Origin: Promethearchaeota archaeon
Lineage (GTDB): Archaea; Asgardarchaeota; Lokiarchaeia; Sigyniarchaeales; SOKP01
Length of the DNA stretch: 15,083 nt
NCBI GenBank assembly: GCA_048940925.1
Contig: JBHLOC010000014.1
Span: 1-15,083 of the forward strand
Reading direction: 5' to 3'
Part shown: piece by piece, positions 1 through 7,734 of the stretch
How the letters are laid out: the number at the start of each line of letters is the position of its first letter
Numbering within the stretch: the first letter of the stretch is position 1
Notes under the pieces: generated by a model
The model's database searches: none
Seen by the model: only the letters and a program-made list of their open reading frames with translations
What the model was told of the DNA's origin: nothing
Program-made: the position numbers and the translations under genes

Positions 1-281
1 CATGTTATTAATTTCATATTTTTTTCTTAAACCCCTTATGATGTTATACTTATTTCTTTTAATATTTGGGAGCTAGTACAGTATAATATATCAATATAAT
101 ACCACGATAATACAGAAAGAAAGTAGGGAGTAGCATAAAAAATAAAAAGATTTTAAAAAATATCTAAATATTAAATATAGAAATATTTTTGCTGAGATAA
201 TAGCTCTATAGTTTAAAGGTTATTATAGTTTGATAATAGAATCTTTTTAGTTTTTGAATTATTCCTTTTTTAGAGTATACC

Positions 282-289
282 TTTAAATA
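282..289 (+). promoter_or_regulatory. Candidate archaeal TATA box (TTTAAATA) for the SDR operon
   Basis: Matches TTTAWATA about 40 nt upstream of ATG 328. The AT-rich background makes chance matches common. Confidence 0.35.
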
Positions 290-327
290 AATATTAATAT
301 TTAGTATTTTTATTTAATAAGATTAAT

Positions 328-1458
328 ATGAACAAATTAGTTTTAGTAGATGGCGCCAAGGGACACTCCGGTACGTTTCTAATTAAAGAAATTTTAAGAT
401 CGAGACCAAATTGGAAAATTATTGCGACTGACTTACCAGGAGATAAGAGAAATGAATTAATGACTAAGGAAAATATTTTTAGTGAAAAATTTAAATATAT
501 GACTGAAATCCTTGAACATGAACGAGTTATTTTTATTCCTGCTGATTTAACTAATATACAAACTCTCAGTAATTTATTTAAGGATAAGAAATACGATTTA
601 ATTTTCCATACTGCTAGCTTATATGATTATTTTGCACCATTAAATCTTCTTAGAAATGTAAATATAGAAGGTATTAGAAATTTACTCAAAACCATTTGCG
701 TCACTCAGGATATTGAGAAATTAAAGCTCTTACATTGGAGTACTTGTGGTGTCTATGGAGAACCTAAATACAAAAAAGACAAAAAAGGATATCCAATACC
801 TGCTGATGAAACAACGCCTTATAATCCCTCCAATGATTATAATGTCAGTAAGGTGGAACAAGAAATGGTTTTAAAAGAGTATATAAAGAACAGACAATTA
901 AAAGCAATAATAATACGTCCTGCTCCAATAATGGGACCATACCAAATGTATGGCATTTTCCATATAATTCAAGTGGTTAATAAATCAGGAATAGGGCCAG
1001 GGACACATATTTATCCAAGGAAAAAGCGATTAACTATGCCATTAATCCATATTGAAGATCTTGTTCGAGCAGCAATATTTTTAGCTGAAAATGATGAAAC
1101 AATAGGAGAAGCGTATAATATCATTATTGATCCATGTTTTCAAGAAGACTTTCTAGAATATTTAGCTGATTTATTAAATGTAGATTATTTTAATTTTCCA
1201 GTATGGTGGCCATTTTATAAGTTATTTACAAAATTTCTTTTTTGGCTTAATAAACGAAAAGAAGTAAAAGCTAGAAATCTAAATTCAAGGCCTCCAGTTG
1301 ATTCATCTATGGTAGAGTATATCAAACATCAATATCTATTTTCTAATAAAAAATTAAAAGAATTGGGATTTAATTTTAAATTTCCAGATTTTAGAAGTGC
1401 AACTTATAATACAATTAATTGGTATCTTAAAAATAACTGGGTAGAGAGTGAAAAATAA
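328..1458 (+). CDS. Extended SDR, NAD(P)-dependent epimerase/dehydratase family (3-beta-hydroxysteroid dehydrogenase-like)
   Basis: Rossmann loop variant VLVDGAKGHSG, ADL, IFHTAS, NVNIEG, STCGVYG, catalytic YNVSK (YxxxK), RPAPIMGP, IHIEDLVRA and GEAYNI. An aromatic amphipathic stretch PVWWPFYKLFTKFLFWL lies near the C-terminus. Confidence 0.9.
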   Translation: MNKLVLVDGAKGHSGTFLIKEILRSRPNWKIIATDLPGDKRNELMTKENIFSEKFKYMTEILEHERVIFIPADLTNIQTLSNLFKDKKYDLIFHTASLYDYFAPLNLLRNVNIEGIRNLLKTICVTQDIEKLKLLHWSTCGVYGEPKYKKDKKGYPIPADETTPYNPSNDYNVSKVEQEMVLKEYIKNRQLKAIIIRPAPIMGPYQMYGIFHIIQVVNKSGIGPGTHIYPRKKRLTMPLIHIEDLVRAAIFLAENDETIGEAYNIIIDPCFQEDFLEYLADLLNVDYFNFPVWWPFYKLFTKFLFWLNKRKEVKARNLNSRPPVDSSMVEYIKHQYLFSNKKLKELGFNFKFPDFRSATYNTINWYLKNNWVESEK

Positions 1459-1908
1459 ATGGGATTTATAGAAGGATTGATTATAAGTTTTATTGTGGGT
1501 TGGATGAATTCCTATTTATATCGAAAGTTTTTACGCAAAAAAAATAAGGATTGGATAGTTTTTCTTGCACTAATGTTTCTATCATTATTATGGAGTATAG
1601 ATATTTTAATATATATTGAACTTATTGATATGAGATGGTTAAACTTTCTCCCTTGGGTCACCATACCTTCTATTGATGGTGGAAAATATTTTCTATGGAA
1701 TTCTTTTATAGTATTTGGTTTAGATCTTAATATACGACCTCAGTCTGGAATGGTGATTATCGCAAGTTTTTTATTGGTTTCTTATTTATTCTGGTACTAT
1801 TTTGGCTCAAAATTAGGGAAACTGTTTCACGGATATCGAATCTATCAAAAAGGATATTTTTTATTATTTCGACCTATAAAAAAATTCTTAAGAGATCGTA
1901 AAAAATAA
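1459..1908 (+). CDS. Hypothetical integral membrane protein (3-4 TM), abutting the SDR
   Basis: ATG directly follows the SDR stop (TAA|ATG). Hydrophobic segments lie at about aa 3-21, 32-56 and 97-115, separated by a basic loop (RKFLRKKNK), with a basic C-tail. Confidence 0.8.
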   Translation: MGFIEGLIISFIVGWMNSYLYRKFLRKKNKDWIVFLALMFLSLLWSIDILIYIELIDMRWLNFLPWVTIPSIDGGKYFLWNSFIVFGLDLNIRPQSGMVIIASFLLVSYLFWYYFGSKLGKLFHGYRIYQKGYFLLFRPIKKFLRDRKK

Positions 1909-1944
1909 TAACAACGTTTTAATAAATCCAGAAAATAATTAAAA

Positions 1945-3069
1945 TTAATCTGTTATATCTTCTGGATAAATTTCTTTCCCCTCAACTGATGACTTCAAAG
2001 CAGCTAATGCAAATTGTGTGGTATATTTACCATCTTCTCCAGTTAATATTGGATCTGTATCATTTTTTATAGCATCAATAAAATGATGAGTTGAGTTAAT
2101 AAATCCATATTTCCAATCTCTTTCTATATCTGTAATAGTCTTAATTTTTCCATCCTTAAATATTACAATTGGCGGAAATATTTTAGACTCTGACATAATA
2201 TTAGGTGCAGCGGTAGCTTGGTTAATCCACATTACGCCTTTTGATCCTGTAATTGAAATGAATTCATCTTCTGGATAATAGGAACTGGGTAATAGCATAT
2301 GAGGTGAATAGTTATATTCCATAGTTCCATAAGTGGATACAAGAATATCAGAATCATCTGGAGATGTATATTTCCACATCATGTAAGCTGGTACATCTAA
2401 TTGATTAAATCTATCAATCCAAGCATATACCTTTTCTATCCTTGCTCCGATCAAGTGTAAAGCTAACCAAAATTTATGAAATCCATCATCAAAGATGAAA
2501 GGAGAACCGCACTCTAGACCTCCACCACAAGTTTCAGGATTAATCCTCCATATCCATGAACTAGTCGGAATGTCCCAACCTCCTTTTGTAGCTTCAAGAA
2601 CTTTGATATGAATTGAATTTACTTCCCCAATTTCTCCTCTTGTTAATAAATCTTTTGCATATGCGATTGGAGGATAAAATGTGAAATTTTCAAAAACTTT
2701 AAGTTTAATTTCATTATTTTTACACACGTTAATCATTTTTTCACAATCTTTTATGCTTGTAGCCATTGGTTTTTGAACGCTTATTCCTTTAATTTCTTTT
2801 TGAGCTGCATAGTAGGTTGCTTCACAATGTAAATGTTGAGGAAGTAAAATCTCTAGAATATCAATTGATTCAGAATCTAACATTTCTTTGTAATCGCAAT
2901 ATATTCTTACCTTAGGATTTAGGTTAAAATTATGAATTTTCTTTTCCATACTTTTTCTTTTTCTATCACTAAGACATGTGATTTCTACATCATTTCGATT
3001 CAGATAACCTAAAACATTAAGATCAAAAATAACTCCACATCCGATAATTCCTACTTTTAATTTTTCCAT
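1945..3069 (-). CDS. Gfo/Idh/MocA family NAD(P)-dependent oxidoreductase
   Basis: KVGIIGCGVI Rossmann motif, DYKEML, LP..LH, VQKPMA (variant of the family EKP motif), GEIGEV, GGG...DDGFH (DxxxH) and C-terminal FIDAI....P..TGEDG. Confidence 0.93.
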   Translation of the reverse strand: MEKLKVGIIGCGVIFDLNVLGYLNRNDVEITCLSDRKRKSMEKKIHNFNLNPKVRIYCDYKEMLDSESIDILEILLPQHLHCEATYYAAQKEIKGISVQKPMATSIKDCEKMINVCKNNEIKLKVFENFTFYPPIAYAKDLLTRGEIGEVNSIHIKVLEATKGGWDIPTSSWIWRINPETCGGGLECGSPFIFDDGFHKFWLALHLIGARIEKVYAWIDRFNQLDVPAYMMWKYTSPDDSDILVSTYGTMEYNYSPHMLLPSSYYPEDEFISITGSKGVMWINQATAAPNIMSESKIFPPIVIFKDGKIKTITDIERDWKYGFINSTHHFIDAIKNDTDPILTGEDGKYTTQFALAALKSSVEGKEIYPEDITD

Positions 3070-3316
3070 GATTATTCGTCAACTACCAACATTTCACAGG
3101 GCTTTGGAAAGAGAATTATTAATCTCAAGGGCAAATATTTTCGAGTTTAACTTATCTACCTCTTAAAAGATTTCTCTATTCATAAAATTAATTATTGTAA
3201 AATTTATATTAGGTAATATTAATTTAAACAATCAATATTCTACTGTATTAGAAAGAGTGAGTTTTTATATAAATAAGCAATAATGAAATATAATTGAAAA
3301 GTTAGAAATAAAAATT

Positions 3317-4567
3317 ATGATAATTCAAGTACCCAGAAGACTTGCAGCAGGAAGATACCTAATCTTTTTTCTTCTTCTTGTAGTAATAGTAATAATCCTA
3401 TATTTAATTATTAAGAAAAGGAAACAAAAGAAAGTTAAAGCAAAATTGAGAGAATTTGAAAAAGAAACACCAAAAATTGTTAATTCTATAAAAGAAACAA
3501 TTCATCAAAAGAAAATTTATGACAGCTCAGAAATTGTCATCAAATTGGTAAATTTAACAAAAAAATTTGGGAATTTAACAGCAGTTGATAATATTAATCT
3601 TGAAGTTCATAGAGGAGAAACAATAGGATTAGTAGGTCCTAATGGTGCTGGTAAAACTACTACAATTAAAATGATTGCTAAAATATTAAGACCTACATCT
3701 GGTAAAATACTCATTAGGACTGACCAACAAGGATTACAAGATCTCCAGAAGATTTCAAGAACTATCAGTCACATGGGATTTTTAATTGATATTCCTACTT
3801 TTTATGATATGACCGCTGATCAAGTGTTAAGATATTTTGCAAATCTTCAGAATTATCCAAAAGAAAAAATAGATGGACGTATAGAAGAATTGTTAACTTT
3901 ATTTAAGCTTGAAGGCTGGAGATGGGAAAAAGTAAAAACCTTTTCTAAAGGAATGACTCAAAAATTAGGAGTAATTCAAGCAATCATTCATGACCCCGAA
4001 ATTGTAATTTTAGACGAACCACAGACAGGTTTAGACCCAATAGCTAGAATTGAAATTAGAAAATATATAAGAGAATTACAGGATCACGGAAAGACAATCT
4101 TTGTAGCGTCTCACTTACTACATGAGATCTCAGAAGTCTGTGATAAAATCGCGCTTATTAATAATGGTTCAATTATAGGATTTGATACGGTTGATAATTT
4201 AGAAGGTACTCTGAAAATTAAATCAATAGAATGTAAGGTATTAGATCCAATTCTACCCGAAAATCTTGGACCTATTATAAATAAACTTACAGAAAAACTT
4301 AATCTTTATCTTGATAAAAATTTAGATCCTGATATTTCAAAAATCCCAGTAAAATATGATCCAAAGAATCAGAGATTAGTAATATATTATGATGGTAAAA
4401 AGGAATCGAGAGGAGAAATATTGAAAAAATTAATTAAGGAATTTGAAACTGATTTTACAATAATTTCATATACTAAACCGGAAGTTTCACGATTAGAGAG
4501 AATTTATTCTCAAATGATCACAGAGAGTATGAAAATAACACAAGCAAATATTAGGAGGAAAGATTAA
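3317..4567 (+). CDS. ABC-2 type transporter ATP-binding protein with N-terminal transmembrane anchor
   Basis: LTKKFG..TAVD, Walker A GPNGAGKTT, signature variant FSKGMTQK, Walker B IVILDEP, D-loop GLDP and H-switch ASH. It has an extra ~70-aa N-terminus with hydrophobic aa 14-32 followed by KKRKQKK. Confidence 0.95.
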   Translation: MIIQVPRRLAAGRYLIFFLLLVVIVIILYLIIKKRKQKKVKAKLREFEKETPKIVNSIKETIHQKKIYDSSEIVIKLVNLTKKFGNLTAVDNINLEVHRGETIGLVGPNGAGKTTTIKMIAKILRPTSGKILIRTDQQGLQDLQKISRTISHMGFLIDIPTFYDMTADQVLRYFANLQNYPKEKIDGRIEELLTLFKLEGWRWEKVKTFSKGMTQKLGVIQAIIHDPEIVILDEPQTGLDPIARIEIRKYIRELQDHGKTIFVASHLLHEISEVCDKIALINNGSIIGFDTVDNLEGTLKIKSIECKVLDPILPENLGPIINKLTEKLNLYLDKNLDPDISKIPVKYDPKNQRLVIYYDGKKESRGEILKKLIKEFETDFTIISYTKPEVSRLERIYSQMITESMKITQANIRRKD

Positions 4568-5397
4568 TGATTAAAAATTTAATAAATTATAATTTTTCAA
4601 TAAAACCAATTCTGGAAACATTTTTATTTGAGTTAAAAAAACAATGGAAAAAATTCGTATTTTTTCTTGTCATATCTATTATTGTTGTATTTCTTCAAAG
4701 TTTTTTATTAAATACCTTAATCTCTACAAATTTATTACCTGACACTCAAAGTGATTTCTTTCGCAATGGTCTTGGTTTTCTTTCTCTTCTAATTTTATTT
4801 TCTGGCTGTTTATTTTTTGCAGGAATAATATGTGAAGAATTTAAAACAAAGACAGGGAATATTGTGTTCCCTAAAATAAATAAATATAAGTTAATAGTGG
4901 GAAAATACCTTGGGAATTTGGTTTATATAGTTATAATAATGGGGATTTATTACTTCATGCTTGGACTCTTAGGATTTTATTATTATGGCGGCCCAATTAA
5001 TATTAGAATATATTATTCCTTTGGTTTCGCTTTATTATATCTTTTAGCTATAAGTAGTTTTGTTACTTTTTTTAGTTCGTTCATGAGAAGTCCTACTATA
5101 ACAATTGTAGTGACTATATTATTACTTTTAATTGGATTTAATATTGCTGATTCGATAGTAATTGCAGTTGCACCAGATTTTGAAACTATTTATTCCTTAA
5201 CTTATATGGGCAATCTTATTACTTCAATTCTTATAAATCCATTTCCAGATCCAAGATATATAGATCTTAATATTGGAGAGTTTACAATAAGATCCTGGAT
5301 CACACCAAGTGTCGAAATGGGAATTACAATCTTATTATTATACACTTTTATATGCATGATATTAGCATCCTATTTATTTAAAAGAAGACAATTATAA
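4567..5397 (+). CDS. ABC-2 family transporter permease (6 TM)
   Basis: Start overlaps the ATPase stop (TAATG), with AGGAGG at 4553-4558. Motifs IICEEF..KTG...FPK, K..LIVGKYLG and C-terminal YLFKRRQL are typical of ABC-2/NosY-like permeases. Confidence 0.9.
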   Translation: MIKNLINYNFSIKPILETFLFELKKQWKKFVFFLVISIIVVFLQSFLLNTLISTNLLPDTQSDFFRNGLGFLSLLILFSGCLFFAGIICEEFKTKTGNIVFPKINKYKLIVGKYLGNLVYIVIIMGIYYFMLGLLGFYYYGGPINIRIYYSFGFALLYLLAISSFVTFFSSFMRSPTITIVVTILLLLIGFNIADSIVIAVAPDFETIYSLTYMGNLITSILINPFPDPRYIDLNIGEFTIRSWITPSVEMGITILLLYTFICMILASYLFKRRQL

Positions 5398-5441
5398 GAA
5401 AAGAAAAGTAAAAAAAAAAAATAAAATAATATTTGAAAACA

Positions 5442-6404
5442 ATGAAAAAGAAAACCTTAGTTATAATTTTACTTTCAGTAGTTATAACAAATTTAATATC
5501 AGTTTCTGGTCTTGCCAATTATAATTATCAAATTGCTTTAGAGAAGGGTACTGAAATATTAAAAGTAAAAAAGTATGACAAAGATGCTTGGAAAAACACT
5601 GTAAGTAATTTTACTACTCCTAACGTTTGGTTTGAGGGAGAATCTAATAACACAGGTTCACGGAGTAAGTATGTAATAAAAGGATGGAGGGGATTAACAT
5701 GGAACACTTACGATGTCTTTATTTCAATATTTCTTCCAATATTTCTTGATTCTAAACAAATTGTTCCCTTATTAATGATTATGAACAAATCAGGATATAA
5801 TGAAACAGCTATTAATAATAATTATACTAATAACTACAAATTTTGGGTAGGTTTACGTGCTAAATGGAATTTTACAATTAATGATTTTGATGAAAAACCA
5901 ATTGAATCAAATGATCGTTTCTTAATATTTAAAAATCCTGAAGATTACATTAAGGCTTTGAGTGATTATAATAGTATAGCTCAACAATTGAATAACGATT
6001 TGACAATAAAAATGTCAGGATATTCATTTCCATACTTTGATGGTGATCAATTCTTATGGATTCTTATTCAGAGTGAATTTGCAATAGCAAAACCATTTAA
6101 TAAATACTTGTCAATTTTAGTTGAAGAACTAGGTTGTAATAATGCTACGGTTATTGATAATGTGCTAACAATAAAACGTTTTGGTGAAACGATCTATACC
6201 GTAGAAATCTCTTATGGAACTGAAGGTATCATGGTTTCATTCGTAGTAAAAGATATCAATAATGTTATAATATATCAAATTATAAAGACAAGTTCAGAAT
6301 GGGTTTTTTATATAATTTTACTGATCTTATCAATTTGTATTGTTGTCTTATGTATTTTTATAATACTAAGAAGAAGAAAGATTATGCGAATTCGAAAAAA
6401 ATAA
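5442..6404 (+). CDS. Hypothetical cell-surface (glyco)protein with signal peptide and C-terminal membrane anchor
   Basis: ATG 5442 is preferred over TTG 5433. MKKKTLVIILLSVVI signal-like N-terminus, seven N-X-S/T sequons (NFT, NNT, NKS, NET, NYT, NFT, NAT), and C-terminal TM WVFYIILLILSICIVVLCIFIIL followed by RRRKIMRIRKK. Confidence 0.85.
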   Translation: MKKKTLVIILLSVVITNLISVSGLANYNYQIALEKGTEILKVKKYDKDAWKNTVSNFTTPNVWFEGESNNTGSRSKYVIKGWRGLTWNTYDVFISIFLPIFLDSKQIVPLLMIMNKSGYNETAINNNYTNNYKFWVGLRAKWNFTINDFDEKPIESNDRFLIFKNPEDYIKALSDYNSIAQQLNNDLTIKMSGYSFPYFDGDQFLWILIQSEFAIAKPFNKYLSILVEELGCNNATVIDNVLTIKRFGETIYTVEISYGTEGIMVSFVVKDINNVIIYQIIKTSSEWVFYIILLILSICIVVLCIFIILRRRKIMRIRKK

Positions 6405-6429
6405 TATTGCATTCTCCATACACAAGTTT

Positions 6430-6445
6430 AAAAAAAGAAAAAAAA
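6430..6445 (-). terminator. Oligo-T tract (T8-C-T7) downstream of hsp20
   Basis: Plus-strand AAAAAAAGAAAAAAAA reads as a long T tract on the minus strand, about 90 nt after the hsp20 stop and just beyond a hairpin. This fits an archaeal-type terminator. Confidence 0.6.
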
Positions 6446-6456
6446 TAATATTAGAT

Positions 6457-6514
6457 GGGGTGCTTTAGAGTTAGTATTATCAGTGCCGATATTAATTAAA
6501 TTCTAAAGCGCTCC
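6457..6514. other. Long intergenic stem-loop between convergent genes
   Basis: GGGGTGCTTTAGAG (6457-6470) pairs with TTCTAAAGCGCTCC (6501-6514): 14 bp with 3 G-U pairs on the + strand, and core GCTTTAGA/TCTAAAGC perfect on both strands. A further inner stem is possible. Confidence 0.75.
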
Positions 6515-6537
6515 TCCTCAAAATCTTTCTAAAACCA

Positions 6538-7017
6538 TTAATTTTCACTAACATCTATCTTTTTAGCTGGTTTTTTTCTCATAGTTATTTTCAAAAGCCC
6601 GTGAACCATTTTTGAAACTATAGTATCTGTATCAGCATCAACTGGGAGAGGTATATCCATATTAACCTCTATAAAAGTAAAACCTTTCCAGAAAAATGGA
6701 AAATGCCAATCCTGTGGTGAACCTTTTTCATCTGACTCTTCTTTTAAGTTTTCTCTTTCTGGAATTTTAGGTTTCGCTGCTTTAATATTTATATGTTTAT
6801 TAATTAAAGAGACTGTGATATCTTCCTTGGTACGCCCCGCTAAAGGAACTGTAATTAAATAACTGTCTCCAAGATCTTCCACATTGTAGGGAATATATTT
6901 TCCCATAAATCCTTTCATAAAATGTCCGGCCATCCTTTTCATCTTCGCAATATCATGATGTCCAAATGGGAACCAACCAGCGAAAACGTTAGGTCCATAA
7001 GATCTTTCATTACACAT
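6538..7017 (-). CDS. Small heat-shock protein, Hsp20/alpha-crystallin family (atypical)
   Basis: Alpha-crystallin domain pattern YNVED..DSYLITVPLAG..KEDITVSL....INIKA ... IPLP..D...I.SKM.HGLLKITM.K, with C-terminal IDV (IXI/V). AGGAGG SD lies 7 nt upstream of the ATG. Confidence 0.9.
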   Translation of the reverse strand: MCNERSYGPNVFAGWFPFGHHDIAKMKRMAGHFMKGFMGKYIPYNVEDLGDSYLITVPLAGRTKEDITVSLINKHINIKAAKPKIPERENLKEESDEKGSPQDWHFPFFWKGFTFIEVNMDIPLPVDADTDTIVSKMVHGLLKITMRKKPAKKIDVSEN

Positions 7018-7069
7018 TTTTTTGCCTCCTTTTTTTATTAACTATATTTTGTATTTTTATTGGTGATTG

Positions 7070-7720
7070 CTAAAAATTGTAGAATTCATCATCATCAACA
7101 ATAGGTATTGTTTTTGTATTTTCATCTCTTTTTTGGATTAAATCATTTAAAATTATTTTATAGTTTTCAATTTCTTTACCAATTTCATTTAATCTCATTG
7201 AAATCCTCTCCTTACTATATTCTAAATCATTGATAATTCTTTTAACTCGGTTAATATTTGTTAAAGAATAATCATTTTGATCAATTTCTCTTTCAATCGG
7301 TCTATAATGAAAAGGGAAGCATGACATAACATGATTAACCCTTTTTTCATTAGGTAACCATGCATTTACAATTGTTTGTATGAAATCTCCAAGTGTTTTC
7401 ATGCTTGATTCAAAATTATTTTTTAAAACAACTTTTAATCTTTCTATCCCTGCAACTGTAATTGTATAAAGTTTTTTGTGACGATTACTTTCATCAATGA
7501 TTTCTTCTGACTCGACAAAACCCCTCTCTTCTAACCTATTCATTAGGGGATATATGGTTCCAGGTGAAGCTTTCCACAAAGGTTTAAATTTTTTATTAAT
7601 TTCTTGCGTTATTTCATATCCTGATATACCCTTACGGTTTTTTATTATGGATAGAACCAAGATATCTAAACCTGAAAATATTCCTCCATGATGTCCACTA
7701 AAACGTTTACCAAAAAACAA
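7070..7720 (-). CDS. PadR family transcriptional regulator with C-terminal coiled-coil extension
   Basis: ILVLSII....ISGYEI, W.ASPGTIYPLM.RLEERGFV and KKLY.IT..G...L form a PadR wHTH. TTG start is preceded by SD-like GGTGGTG. A heptad pattern runs over aa ~153-197. Confidence 0.93.
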   Translation of the reverse strand: MFFGKRFSGHHGGIFSGLDILVLSIIKNRKGISGYEITQEINKKFKPLWKASPGTIYPLMNRLEERGFVESEEIIDESNRHKKLYTITVAGIERLKVVLKNNFESSMKTLGDFIQTIVNAWLPNEKRVNHVMSCFPFHYRPIEREIDQNDYSLTNINRVKRIINDLEYSKERISMRLNEIGKEIENYKIILNDLIQKRDENTKTIPIVDDDEFYNF

Positions 7721-7734
7721 TTTTTATACACCAC

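Noticed and set aside
1-40. Possible start of a minus-strand gene leaving the window (ATG at 17-15, MKLIT..., or ATG at 3-1, with AGGGG upstream)
   Set aside because: At most five codons are visible, so it cannot be supported.
59-136. Minus-strand 25-aa ORF MLLPTFFLYYRGIILIYYTVLAPKY
   Set aside because: No SD or recognisable motif. Short hydrophobic ORFs arise by chance in AT-rich DNA.
3070-3183. In-frame upstream extension of the Gfo/Idh/MocA gene with two TGA codons (possible selenocysteine readthrough)
   Set aside because: A TAA blocks the frame before the upstream ATG, there is no redox motif or convincing SECIS, and the protein is complete from ATG 3069.
6478-6491. Canonical iron-responsive element (CAGUGC loop)
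   Set aside because: The bases flanking the hexamer (T6480, C6487) cannot pair and there is no 5-bp upper stem with a C-bulge. Kept only as a remark on the hairpin.
7497-7691. 64-aa + strand ORF from the track
   Set aside because: Antisense shadow entirely inside the well-supported padR gene.
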